A stretch of 64,000 bases of DNA from an uncultured Gemmatimonadaceae bacterium (GTDB lineage Bacteria > Gemmatimonadota > Gemmatimonadetes > Gemmatimonadales > Gemmatimonadaceae), in the NCBI GenBank assembly GCA_963790305.1, contig CAWBOC010000005.1, forward strand, positions 544,001 to 608,000. Reading direction: 5' to 3'. This document shows positions 50,282-60,025 of this stretch, one piece after another. The notes below the pieces were generated by a model. The model saw only the letters and a program-made list of their open reading frames with translations. It was not told the origin of the DNA and ran no database searches. The translations under genes were made by a program, and so were the position numbers. How positions within the stretch are numbered: position 1 is the stretch's first letter; every line of letters starts with the position of its first letter.

Positions 50282-50898
50282 TGCTGACGCTTCCCACGCT
50301 CGACTTCTCCAGGAGCGACGGCGTCGTCACGGTCGTGACGCAGGACGCGCGCACCGGTGCGGTGCTGATGGTGGCCCAGGCCGACCGCGAGGCGCTCGAA
50401 CGCACGGTCGCAACCGGTGAAATGCACTATCGCTCGCGCACGCGCGGGCTGTGGCACAAGGGAGCGACGAGCGGGAATGTCCAGCGCGTCGTCTCGCTCA
50501 CGGCCGACTGCGACGGTGACGCACTGCTCGCGCGCGTGATTCCGGCTGGGCCCGCGTGTCACACCGGCGCGGGGACGTGCTTCGGTGTCGACGATGCCCG
50601 GCCCACATCCAGCATTGTGGTGCTCGAGCGTCTCGACCGCACGATCGCATCTCGAGCGGACACGACGGGCACCGACGGAGAGAGCTACACGCGACGGCTC
50701 CTTGCCGACCGCAACCTGCGGCTCAAGAAGCTCGGGGAAGAGTGCGCGGAGCTCCTGACGGCGTGCGCCGACGGGAACCGCGAGCGCGCCGTCGAAGAGG
50801 GGGCCGATCTCGTGTACCACGCGCTCGTCGCGCTGCGCGCCGTGAACGCCTCGCTCGAGGACGTGTGTACCGAGTTGGCGCGCCGAGAAATGGCGTAG
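50278..50898 (+). CDS. hisIE: Bifunctional PR-AMP cyclohydrolase / PR-ATP pyrophosphatase
   Basis: [41 protein letters not shown]. Confidence 0.95.
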   Translation: MMLTLPTLDFSRSDGVVTVVTQDARTGAVLMVAQADREALERTVATGEMHYRSRTRGLWHKGATSGNVQRVVSLTADCDGDALLARVIPAGPACHTGAGTCFGVDDARPTSSIVVLERLDRTIASRADTTGTDGESYTRRLLADRNLRLKKLGEECAELLTACADGNRERAVEEGADLVYHALVALRAVNASLEDVCTELARREMA

Positions 50899-50954
50899 AG
50901 GCCATCGGCGAGCAGGCTCGGAACTCTTCCACACTGCTCAGCGTACGCCATCAC

Positions 50955-52190
50955 ATGCAGTCCACTCGCAAGCCTGGAGCGCGCATTCGTGCGCCCGGCA
51001 GCCCGCCCAAGCCACGGCGTCCGCTGTCGCGCGGGGGCTCTTTTTTCGGCCGCCTCCTCGCCATCCTGGTTACCTGCTGGTTGGTGGTCGGCGCCATGGT
51101 CGCTCCCGTGATTCCGGGAGGATGGCCTGCCATGGGCGTGGCGATGCTCGTGCTCACCGGGTTGCCGCTCGCGGCATTCATCGGGCGCCAGCGGCGACGA
51201 GAGACGCCGGGGGCGTTCGTCAGACTCTTCGTCTACCGGCCCTTCTGGTACGCACAGCTCCTGGTGCTGTTCGCGGGAGCCGCCGGCATCGCGGGGCTTC
51301 TGCTCGGTGCGCCGTTCGGCGCCGCGCTGACCCTCGGGCGGTGGATGATCGCCGCGGCATCCGCCCTCTTCGCGTTAGGCGCGATCGCGGGATGGGTCGG
51401 CTCGCGGTGGCTGCACCTCCGCCAGCTCACCGCCACCTTCCCCGACCTGCCGCCCTCGCTCGAAGGGCTGCGCATCGTCCAGCTGTCCGACCTCCACATC
51501 GGCCCGCAGACGTCGCGCCGCTTCCTCCACCGGGTGCGCTCAATGGTGGCGGCCGCGGGCGGAGACCTCATCGCGGTGACCGGCGACCTCGTCGACGACC
51601 ACGCGCCCGACAGCGCCCACTACGCCGCGGCGTTAGGCGAGCTCACCGCCCCGCTCGGCGTCTACGTCGTTCCCGGCAATCACGACGTCTACGCCAACTG
51701 GCCGGCCGTACGCGCTGAGCTGGAGCGGTTGCCGGTGACGATCCTGGTCAACGAGTCACGGGTGGTTGCGCGCGGCGAGGGACGGTTCGCCATTGCCGGA
51801 ACGGGAGATCCGGCCGGTCGCTGGGTGGCGACGTCGCATGCGGCACCCGACATCGACGCCGCGCTTGGCGACGTTCCGCCGGGCACCTTCACCATCGCGC
51901 TGGCCCATAACCCGTCGCTCTGGTCTGCGCTCGCCGACCGCGGCGTCGATCTCACCCTGAGCGGCCACACCCATTGGGGTCAGCTCGCGTTCCCGAAGTT
52001 CAAGTGGAGCCTGGCCGGACTCTTCCTCGATCACGCCATGGGGGTGGTTACGCGCGACGCTTCGCTGTTGTACATCCACCCGGGCACGGGGTTCTGGGGA
52101 ATTCCGTTCCGGATTGGCGCGCGTCCCGAAGTCACCATCATCGAGCTGAGACGCGGCGCTCGCGTGGGACTTGGATCCGTCACTGGATGA
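50955..52190 (+). CDS. Membrane-anchored metallophosphoesterase
   Basis: N-terminal TM segments; SDLH, GDLVD, GNHD, AHNP, GHTHWGQ. Confidence 0.92.
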   Translation: MQSTRKPGARIRAPGSPPKPRRPLSRGGSFFGRLLAILVTCWLVVGAMVAPVIPGGWPAMGVAMLVLTGLPLAAFIGRQRRRETPGAFVRLFVYRPFWYAQLLVLFAGAAGIAGLLLGAPFGAALTLGRWMIAAASALFALGAIAGWVGSRWLHLRQLTATFPDLPPSLEGLRIVQLSDLHIGPQTSRRFLHRVRSMVAAAGGDLIAVTGDLVDDHAPDSAHYAAALGELTAPLGVYVVPGNHDVYANWPAVRAELERLPVTILVNESRVVARGEGRFAIAGTGDPAGRWVATSHAAPDIDAALGDVPPGTFTIALAHNPSLWSALADRGVDLTLSGHTHWGQLAFPKFKWSLAGLFLDHAMGVVTRDASLLYIHPGTGFWGIPFRIGARPEVTIIELRRGARVGLGSVTG

Positions 52191-53218
52191 CGACAGCCGG
52201 CACCACTCGCTACGATCGAATGACGTACCGCCGGTGCGGCCGCAGCGGGCTCAAGCTCCCCGCGGTCTCGCTCGGGCTGTGGCATAACTTCGGAAGCGTC
52301 GACCCGCCAGACGAGGCGCGCGCCATGGTGCGGCGAGCCTTCGACCTCGGCATCACGCACTTCGATCTCGCGAACAACTACGGCCCGGAGCCGGGCACGG
52401 CCGAGGAGACGTTCGGGCGGATCCTGCGGCGTGACCTCGCGAGTCATCGCGACGAGATGATCATCTCGACCAAAGCCGGATGGCGAATGTGGCCGGGCCC
52501 CTATGGGGATCACGGCTCGCGAAAGTATCTCCTCGCCAGCCTCGATCAGAGTCTCGAGCGGATGCAGCTCGAGTACGTCGATATCTTCTACCATCACCGG
52601 CCGGATCCGGAAACGCCGGTGGAGGAGAGCATGCTCGCGCTCGACCAGGCGGTGCGCCTGGGCAAGGCGATCTACGCTGGAATCTCGGCGTACGATCCGG
52701 AGCAGACTCGCGAGGCGCTCAAGATTCTGCGCGAGCTCCGCACACCGTGCATCATCCACCAGCCGCGGTACAGCATGCTCGACCGCCGCATCGAGGATGG
52801 GCTGCTCGACGTGCTCGCCGAGGAGGGACTCGGCTGCATCGTCTTCTCGCCGCTGGCGCAGGGGCTGCTGACGAACCGGTATCTGCGCGACATTCCCGCC
52901 GGCTCGCGCGCGAGCAAGGAGCACGGCGCATTGCGGCCCGATGAGATCACGGAGGAACGTCGAGCGCAGCTCGTCCGCCTGAACCAGATTGCGGCCCGCC
53001 GCGGCCAGAGCCTTGCTCAGCTCGCGATCGCGTGGGTTCTCCGGCATGACACGGTGACATCGGCGCTCATCGGCGCGAGCCGCGTGGCGCAGATCGATGA
53101 TGGAGTCGCCGCCCTCGACAATCTCGATCTGTCGAAAGCGGAGTTGCGCGAGATCGAGGACGCGCTCGCTCCAGCGCAGCAGTCGCGAGCGAGCCAGAAA
53201 ACGAGCACACGGGTCTGA
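52187..53218 (+). CDS. mgrA: Aldo/keto reductase, L-glyceraldehyde-3-phosphate reductase type
   Basis: YRRCGRSGLKLPAVSLGLWHNFG, HFDLANNYGP, STKAG, YVDIFYHHRPDP. Confidence 0.9.
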   Translation: MTTAGTTRYDRMTYRRCGRSGLKLPAVSLGLWHNFGSVDPPDEARAMVRRAFDLGITHFDLANNYGPEPGTAEETFGRILRRDLASHRDEMIISTKAGWRMWPGPYGDHGSRKYLLASLDQSLERMQLEYVDIFYHHRPDPETPVEESMLALDQAVRLGKAIYAGISAYDPEQTREALKILRELRTPCIIHQPRYSMLDRRIEDGLLDVLAEEGLGCIVFSPLAQGLLTNRYLRDIPAGSRASKEHGALRPDEITEERRAQLVRLNQIAARRGQSLAQLAIAWVLRHDTVTSALIGASRVAQIDDGVAALDNLDLSKAELREIEDALAPAQQSRASQKTSTRV

Positions 53219-53230
53219 TCGGGGAACGTC

Positions 53231-55063
53231 ATGCGCAAGAGCATAGCGGCAGGGCTCATTCTTGGCGTTACGGCGCTCGCGTGCCGTGGCGAAGCTGATC
53301 GGCAGGCACGCAGCGACAGCGCGCGAGCGCGGACCGCAACGGTAGCTGGCGGGCGAATCGCGGCCGCGCGTACGGGACCAGCGGGCGAGTGGGGCATGCC
53401 GGCCGGGGACTACGCGAACTCCCGCTACAGCGAGCTATCGCAGATCACTGTCGCGAACGCGAAAGACCTGCGCGTGGCGTGGGCCTTCTCGACTGGAACG
53501 CTGCGCGGCCACGAAGGGCAACCACTCGTCATCGACAACACGATGTACGTGGTCACTCCCTTCCCGAACGTCGCGTACGCATTCGATCTCACGCAGGCGG
53601 GACAGCCGCTCAAATGGAAGTTCCGGCCGCGCAACTCACAGGCGGCCATCGGCCAGGCGTGCTGCAATGTCGTGAACCGCGGAGCAGCGTACGCCGACGG
53701 CAGGCTCTTCTACAATCTCCTCGAAGGCACCACCGTCGCCGTAAACGTTCGAGACGGCACACAAGCGTGGCGCACTCGCGTCGCGAACCTGGAGCGCGGC
53801 GAGACGATCACGATGGCACCCATCGTGGTGAAGAATCACGTGCTCGTCGGCAACAGCGGCGGGGAGCTCGGCGTGCGCGGATGGATCGCGGCGCTCGACA
53901 CGCGGACGGGAAAGGAAGTCTGGCGCGCGTACAGCGCGGGGCCCGATCGCGACGTGAAGATCGGACCCCGCTTCAAGCCATTCTACGCCCACGACCGAGG
54001 CACGAACCTCGGCGTCTCCACCTGGCCGGCGGACGCATGGAAAACCGGCGCCGGTGCCGTGTGGGGATGGCTGTCGTACGACCCGGAGCTCAATCTCGTG
54101 TACCACGGCACCAGTAACCCGGGACCGTGGAACGCCGAACAGCGTCCGGGCGACAACAAGTGGACGTGCGCGATCCTCGCGCGCGATGCCGATACGGGCG
54201 AGCTCGTGTGGGCGTTCCAGGTGACGCCGCACGACATGTGGGACTACGACGCGGTCAACGAGAACATCCTCGTCGACCTTCCCATCGAGGGCACGCTGCG
54301 AAAGGTGCTCGTCCACTTCGATCGGAACGGCTTCGCGTACGTCCTCGACCGGGCGACCGGCGAAGCGCTCATGGCCCACCCCTTCGTGCCAATGAACTGG
54401 TCGACGGGAGTAGACCTAACGACTGGCCGCCCGACGGTGGTCCCGGCAAAGGCCACCGCGCAGGGGAAGAAGGTGACGAACATCTGTCCGAGCCTCGAGG
54501 GCGGGAAGAACCAGCAGCCCGCGGCGTTTTCCCCCAAGACCGGCCTGTTCTACGTCCCAACGATCAATCTGTGCATGGACTTCGAGGCCCGCCCGGCCAC
54601 CTACATTCCCGGGACACCGTACATCGGCGCGAGCGCGCCGGAATACGCTGGACCGGACGGCTACCGTGGCGAGTTCATGGCATTCGACGTCACCACCGGT
54701 CGCAAGGCGTGGGGGATCCGTGAGCCATACCCGGTGTGGGGCGGTGCGCTCGCGACGGCGGGCGACGTCGTGTTCTACGGCACCCTCGACGGGTGGTTCA
54801 AGGCCGTCGATGCGCACACCGGTGACGTTCTGTGGCGGTTCAAGCTGGGCTCTGGTGTCGTCGGGAATCCCGTGACGTATCTGGGTCCGGACGGCAAGCA
54901 GTACGTCGCCATCTACTCCGGGCTCGGTGGCGACATGGGCGTGCTCATCGCCGGGGATGTTTCCGCGAACCTCCCCCACGATGTGCGCGTGCGCGGCACG
55001 ACCCTTCCCGACATTGGGCGGTGGACGAGCTGGGGCGGGGTGCTGTTCGTATTCTCGTTGTAG
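53231..55063 (+). CDS. xoxF: PQQ-dependent methanol/ethanol-family dehydrogenase, XoxF-like (lanthanide signature), probable lipoprotein
   Basis: FSTGTLRGHEG, ACC-VVNRG, GGELGVRG, WGW.SYDP, NPGPWN, RPGDNKW, TPHDMWDYDAVNE, YGTLDG. Confidence 0.8.
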   Translation: MRKSIAAGLILGVTALACRGEADRQARSDSARARTATVAGGRIAAARTGPAGEWGMPAGDYANSRYSELSQITVANAKDLRVAWAFSTGTLRGHEGQPLVIDNTMYVVTPFPNVAYAFDLTQAGQPLKWKFRPRNSQAAIGQACCNVVNRGAAYADGRLFYNLLEGTTVAVNVRDGTQAWRTRVANLERGETITMAPIVVKNHVLVGNSGGELGVRGWIAALDTRTGKEVWRAYSAGPDRDVKIGPRFKPFYAHDRGTNLGVSTWPADAWKTGAGAVWGWLSYDPELNLVYHGTSNPGPWNAEQRPGDNKWTCAILARDADTGELVWAFQVTPHDMWDYDAVNENILVDLPIEGTLRKVLVHFDRNGFAYVLDRATGEALMAHPFVPMNWSTGVDLTTGRPTVVPAKATAQGKKVTNICPSLEGGKNQQPAAFSPKTGLFYVPTINLCMDFEARPATYIPGTPYIGASAPEYAGPDGYRGEFMAFDVTTGRKAWGIREPYPVWGGALATAGDVVFYGTLDGWFKAVDAHTGDVLWRFKLGSGVVGNPVTYLGPDGKQYVAIYSGLGGDMGVLIAGDVSANLPHDVRVRGTTLPDIGRWTSWGGVLFVFSL

Positions 55064-55072
55064 GAGGGGAGC

Positions 55073-55567
55073 ATGTCGAGACTCTGGTATTTGTTGCCGT
55101 GCCTAACGGTCGTTGGAGCGGCGGTGGCGGCGACGAATGGCGTCCAGGCGAATGCGCAGGTGGTTGCCGACACGCTACGTTTCGTCGCTCACGAGGAGTA
55201 TATCCCGGTGGGGTTGCCGTCCCGGGCCAGGCCATTGGCGCTGACAAATCCGTTCGACGGGAACCGCGAGGCGATCGCGACCGGAGCGCGCATCTTCGTC
55301 GCGTACAATTGCGTGGACTGTCACGGCGCCGACGGCTCCGGCGCAATGGGGCCGAGCTTCCAGGACGGCCGTTGGCGCTTCGGCGGTTCGGCGGGAGAGG
55401 TCTTCGAGTCGATCTACCAGGGCCGGCCCGAAGGCATGCCCGCCTGGGGCGGGCGAATATCGGAAGAGCAGATCTGGATGCTTGTCGCCTATATTCGCAC
55501 CCTCACGGCGGGTGACCTGACGACGGAGAACTTCAGCGGGGCCGCGCAGGAGCGAATGGGACACTGA
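55073..55567 (+). CDS. Exported c-type cytochrome (XoxG/cytochrome cL-like partner)
   Basis: Signal peptide; NPF, CVDCHG, MGPSF, GMPAW; directly downstream of the PQQ dehydrogenase. Confidence 0.85.
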   Translation: MSRLWYLLPCLTVVGAAVAATNGVQANAQVVADTLRFVAHEEYIPVGLPSRARPLALTNPFDGNREAIATGARIFVAYNCVDCHGADGSGAMGPSFQDGRWRFGGSAGEVFESIYQGRPEGMPAWGGRISEEQIWMLVAYIRTLTAGDLTTENFSGAAQERMGH

Positions 55568-55609
55568 GGGTGATTCGCCAGTCGCCTTACATCAATCAAC
55601 AACGACCTC

Positions 55610-56077
55610 GTGACTGATCCTACCGATCCCGCGTCGCGGCCCTGGTCCGCGGCGCCGAGCGCCAAAGCACGGAACGCGGTTCAGCGCTCCGTGACGGCGC
55701 TGCTGGATGAGCTGGCGCCGGAACGCGTTCTCACGCGTGGCGAGCGGATCCGCCTGCCCGTCGAGCAGCACCGGACGCCTTCGGGCTGCGTGCTACAGGC
55801 GGCGACGGCCGCGGTGAGCGTCTCCTGGTTTCCGGAGGCGTCCCCGGATGCCACGCTCGGTGAGCTGCGGGTCATCGTCTGGCGCGGCACCGTCTCTCGC
55901 CGCGGCTCAAAGCGAGAGAGCGCGACGATGGTGCGAGAGATCGTACTGCACCCCATCGAGCGGCCATTGGAAGACTGCCTGTGGCGCGCGACGGATGGCG
56001 CCGAATACGATACGGCGGCCCTCGCCGCCTACTGCATTGCCTTGCTGGAGGACCAGGTGCGCGCCGACAATGGCTGA
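55610..56077 (+). CDS. Hypothetical protein
   Basis: ORF with typical codon usage that fills the gap; no recognised motif. Confidence 0.6.
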   Translation: MTDPTDPASRPWSAAPSAKARNAVQRSVTALLDELAPERVLTRGERIRLPVEQHRTPSGCVLQAATAAVSVSWFPEASPDATLGELRVIVWRGTVSRRGSKRESATMVREIVLHPIERPLEDCLWRATDGAEYDTAALAAYCIALLEDQVRADNG

Positions 56078-56297
56078 GTTCACCCCTCGAGATCGCGCGG
56101 TCGGCCAGTGGGTGCTGGCGGTGATGTTCACCATCGCCGCCGTCGCCGCGGCCCTCTGGAGCTGGCGGCTGATTCGCGCCGAGGGACTGACCGTGCGGTC
56201 GGCGATCTGGGTGCTCGCGCTGCTCGGTTTCATCTCACTCGCCTGGCGAAGCGCACGCGCTGCCAGCCTCGCTGGTCGAGGAGCACCGCCGCCCTAA
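56070..56297 (+). CDS. Small 2-TM membrane protein
   Basis: MAEFTPRDRAVGQWVLAVMFTIAAVAAALW...; overlaps the upstream stop. Confidence 0.55.
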   Translation: MAEFTPRDRAVGQWVLAVMFTIAAVAAALWSWRLIRAEGLTVRSAIWVLALLGFISLAWRSARAASLAGRGAPPP

Positions 56298-56309
56298 CGA
56301 GGGAACGGG

Positions 56310-57644
56310 TCAGGGCTCGGCCGACGCCGCGATCCTGCGAACGAGCTCGCTGGCGGGGTCGGCGCCGCGGCGGATGTCGATTGCCGCCGGAGCGCCAATG
56401 CGCAGCCACACGCCACCGTTTCCGGCGGTGAGGGCCGCCGGTTGGGGATGCAGAAAGAGCCCCGACACGTCGATCGTGTCGATGGCCACCACCTCACGCA
56501 GATCTCCGACATCGCGCACCCGCGGGCCTGCGCGAGCCAGCGCATCGTCATAGGTGAGAGCGACGTCGGCCCGTAGCGGCGACATCCGTGGGAGCACCAG
56601 CTGTCCGCCTCGAAGGAGCACGTCACTCGCCCCGCCGCGGTTGCCAGGGAGTGATTCGTATGCGTCCGGGTCAGCGTTCGCGTAGCTCCCGGTCGCGATC
56701 GCATCGAGAGCCGCGAGCAACCCGGCGACGTTCAGGCTCCGCAGCCGCTGCTTCTCGGGATCGTCAGGCAGCGCCCCGCTCTCGATGAGCACCGTGCTCG
56801 TTCCCCACTGCTGCATGAGGTCGCCGAACGCGCGCGGGTTGAAGGTGTCGTCGTATCGCGCGATGCGCCCGGGAATCTCTGCGCCGAGCGTTCGCGCGAT
56901 CACCGCGGCCACGAGCCGGGCGCGCGAGCGTACCTCGTTGTAGCTCCGATCATCGGAAAATGGCGGAGCGAGCAGCGCGATCCCGACCTGCCGGCCCCGC
57001 GGTCCCGCCAGCACCCGCGCTCCCTGATCGTGCAGGTTGAATCCAAAGTCCGGTCGAATGCGATCACGCAGGCTCTTGAGCGTTCTGGCCTCTGGCGTTG
57101 CCAGCTGTCGCGCATCGCGGTTGATGTCGATGCCAGCGGCGTTCTCGCGCTCAAAGACCTCGGCCCCATCGGGATTGAGCATCGGGACGAAGATGATCGT
57201 CACGCGCTCCCGCAGTCGCTCGCGGAGAGGGTCGTTCGTCGCCTCGGCGAGGAATCGAAAGATGTCGGCAAGCGCCATCGTCGCGGTGGCCTCGTCGCCG
57301 TGCATCTGCGACCAGAGGAGCACGGTGACCGGGCCTGCGCCGAAGGTGACCGACCGGATTGGACGTCCCTGAAGCGACCGCCCAATCTCGTCGATGCGGA
57401 GTGAGCCCGAGGAGATGGAGGGTTGGATGGCCTGCCAATACGTCTCGTGAGTGAAGCGCCGACTGGTGATCGCGGCGACGCGAAACTGCTCGGCAATGCG
57501 TAGTCCGTGGGCGACCGGGAGGGAAACGGTCGCGGATGGCGCGCTACCGTTGGTGCCCGGTGCGGCGCTGGTCGCGCAAGCGGCGAGCAAGGCGGCGGCG
57601 AGCGCGGTCTGGGCTCGGGCTCGGAGAGATTGAATTCTTTTCAC
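56310..57644 (-). CDS. M14 zinc carboxypeptidase family lipoprotein
   Basis: Lipobox LAAC; MHGDE (HxxE), PMLNPDG, DINRD, NLHDQ. Confidence 0.9.
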   Translation of the reverse strand: MKRIQSLRARAQTALAAALLAACATSAAPGTNGSAPSATVSLPVAHGLRIAEQFRVAAITSRRFTHETYWQAIQPSISSGSLRIDEIGRSLQGRPIRSVTFGAGPVTVLLWSQMHGDEATATMALADIFRFLAEATNDPLRERLRERVTIIFVPMLNPDGAEVFERENAAGIDINRDARQLATPEARTLKSLRDRIRPDFGFNLHDQGARVLAGPRGRQVGIALLAPPFSDDRSYNEVRSRARLVAAVIARTLGAEIPGRIARYDDTFNPRAFGDLMQQWGTSTVLIESGALPDDPEKQRLRSLNVAGLLAALDAIATGSYANADPDAYESLPGNRGGASDVLLRGGQLVLPRMSPLRADVALTYDDALARAGPRVRDVGDLREVVAIDTIDVSGLFLHPQPAALTAGNGGVWLRIGAPAAIDIRRGADPASELVRRIAASAEP

Positions 57645-57782
57645 GGAGGAGAGGTGACGACCTCATAAGAGTGCGCCCCGCCAAGCGGTTACACCAGAAG
57701 CGGCGACCGTATCCCCGCCGTGGGCTCACGCGTCTTCTTCCGAGGCGGATTCGCCACCTCCTCGCCACCCATTCGCTCGTAA

Positions 57783-59219
57783 ATGTCAGTCTGCGATCAC
57801 TGCGCAACCGAGCTTCCGGACGCCGCACGCTTCTGCTTCGTCTGCGGGCAGGACGTCGTTCCGACGGCCGCGGCGGCGACGAAGCCGCACCTCGAAGCCG
57901 ATGCGATCGGCAAGCTCAAGGCGCGCTTGGCGAAAAGCCTGGACGGTCGATACCAGCTGCGTGAGCTCCTTGGCGCCGGTGGCATGGGGGTCGTGTTCCT
58001 CGCCGAGGACCTCAGCCTCGGCAGGTCCGTAGCGATCAAGGTGCTCCCGACGGAGCTCTCGAGCGACAGGAACATTGTGGCGCGCTTCCGGCGGGAGGCG
58101 AAGACCGCCGCCAGCCTCGACCATCCCGGGATCATCCCCGTGCTGTCGGTCGAGAGCGACCAGGAGTTGCACTACTTCGTCATGAAGTACGTTGCCGGGC
58201 AAACGCTCGAAGCGACGCTGCGTGACGGGCCGCTTCCCATCCCGCTGGCGGTTCAGGTGCTGCGCGAAGCCGCGGCTGCACTCGGCTACGCCCACCGGCG
58301 TGGAGTCGTCCATCGCAATGTGAAGCCGGCGAACATCATGCTCGAGGACGACCGCGTCATCGTCACCGACTTCGGCATCTCGAAGGTCGAGGCGACCTCG
58401 TCGAGCAGTGCGACGACCGCCGCGCGATTGACCGACCTCGGTACGGTCGTCGGCACCCCCGCATACATGGCACCCGAGCAGGCGATCGGTCAGCCCGTCG
58501 ATGGCCGCACCGACCAATACGCGCTGGGCGTCGTCGGCTTCGAGATGCTGGCCGGGAAGGTTCCGTTCGATGACCTGACGCCGCACGCGATCATTCAGCG
58601 TCACATCAACAATCTGCCCCCCGATCTGGGGACGCTGCGGCCCGATGCACCGCGACATGTCCTGGGGGCGATCTCGCGCGCTCTGTCGAAGGCGCCGTCC
58701 AATCGATTCCCGACAATGGAGGAGCTCGCGGCGGCGCTCGCCGGCGCCGGATCTCGCGGGACGGCGAACCTCGAGTTCTCGGTGCCGGTCGCGAACATGA
58801 CAGAGACGACGCCGCGAGTCGTGACCGCGTCGAAAGGCAGCCGGCTCGGGCGCTGGGCGGCAGTCGTCGTGTTGTTGCTCGCTGGTATCGGCGGTGCCGC
58901 GGCGTGGGCCCGCGGTGCGCGCGATACGCCAGCGCGGGCGGCGGAGGTCAGCGCGCCCGCGCGCCCGAGCACGACGGAGCGGTCGGCCCGTCGCCGCTCA
59001 GTCTCGTTCACCGTCGACGCGAAGCCGCGCGCCACGATCTACATCAACGACGTGCGCGTCGGGGAAACGCCGCTGTCCGGGCACAGGCTGCTCGTCGGCC
59101 GCGAGTATCACATTCGCGCCGTACGCGACGGCTACCGCACGAAGCGCGAGACGATCACGACCACGGGAACGGCGCCCGTCCGGCGCAGCTACGTACTGGA
59201 GCGCGCGAGGCGCCGTTAG
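57783..59219 (+). CDS. Hanks-type Ser/Thr protein kinase with N-terminal zinc ribbon, TM and PEGA-like domain
   Basis: CxxC..CxxC; GAGGMG, VAIK, HRNVKPAN, DFG, GTPAYMAPE; GETP. Confidence 0.93.
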   Translation: MSVCDHCATELPDAARFCFVCGQDVVPTAAAATKPHLEADAIGKLKARLAKSLDGRYQLRELLGAGGMGVVFLAEDLSLGRSVAIKVLPTELSSDRNIVARFRREAKTAASLDHPGIIPVLSVESDQELHYFVMKYVAGQTLEATLRDGPLPIPLAVQVLREAAAALGYAHRRGVVHRNVKPANIMLEDDRVIVTDFGISKVEATSSSSATTAARLTDLGTVVGTPAYMAPEQAIGQPVDGRTDQYALGVVGFEMLAGKVPFDDLTPHAIIQRHINNLPPDLGTLRPDAPRHVLGAISRALSKAPSNRFPTMEELAAALAGAGSRGTANLEFSVPVANMTETTPRVVTASKGSRLGRWAAVVVLLLAGIGGAAAWARGARDTPARAAEVSAPARPSTTERSARRRSVSFTVDAKPRATIYINDVRVGETPLSGHRLLVGREYHIRAVRDGYRTKRETITTTGTAPVRRSYVLERARRR

Positions 59220-59965
59220 GCGATCTGCAGGCCAAGGTGGAACGTCCCCGCGTAGCCCTGGCCAGCTTCCGCGACGCTCAGCATCAACTGGTCGCCATTG
59301 CGCCGGAAGATACCGTCGCCCTCGTTGCGTACGGTCCGCTGCCCCTTACTCACGTACGGCTCCCGCGCGTGCACGCGGTCGGTGAGCGCATCATCGAAGT
59401 AGAGCTGTGACGTGAACTCGTGGCCCCGCGCCGCGGCGGGCTCTGTCCGCACCTTGAAGTGCGTGTGGACGGTTCTCCCGCGGTACCATCCTGGATAGAT
59501 CGTGGTGAACCGCGCCGTTCCGGTGGCGTCGGTCAGCTGATAGCCGCGGAGAAAGAGCTGACCCATCGTGTCGAAGGATGGATCACGTACGCCGGAGTAC
59601 ACGCCGTCGGCGTCGCATTGCCAGAGATCGACGCGGGCGCCCGAGAGCGGCGTGCACGCGCCGCCGTTCCCAATGCGGGACACAACGATCGCGATCTCGA
59701 GTGGAGCGCCCGCCTTGGTCGCGCCGCTCTGGGGATCGGATCGAATGTCGGAGCGATCGAGGCGGCCATCCACGAAGTACGGGCCCTCGGTCTGCTCAGG
59801 GCGAACGACGCATGACGGCAGCGCGCCGGCTGACGCCATGCCTCCTTCGGCCACCTCGCGAGATGGCCTGCATCCGGCGAGTGCCGCGAGACCGGAGGCA
59901 CCGAGCAGCGCGAGAATCTCGCGGCGCGAGAGCAGCCTGCCGACCTGGACGTCGTCGCGATCCAT
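59216..59965 (-). CDS. Intradiol ring-cleavage dioxygenase family protein with Tat/lipoprotein signal
   Basis: SRREIL..LAGC; EGPYF, WQCDADGVYS, TIYPGWY.GRTVHTH. Confidence 0.9.
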   Translation of the reverse strand: MDRDDVQVGRLLSRREILALLGASGLAALAGCRPSREVAEGGMASAGALPSCVVRPEQTEGPYFVDGRLDRSDIRSDPQSGATKAGAPLEIAIVVSRIGNGGACTPLSGARVDLWQCDADGVYSGVRDPSFDTMGQLFLRGYQLTDATGTARFTTIYPGWYRGRTVHTHFKVRTEPAAARGHEFTSQLYFDDALTDRVHAREPYVSKGQRTVRNEGDGIFRRNGDQLMLSVAEAGQGYAGTFHLGLQIA

Positions 59966-60025
59966 ATTCCTCCTGGCAAAGGCAACCGTTCGTGCTCAAA
60001 CTGTGGGCCTCGCCCCGAATACGCC

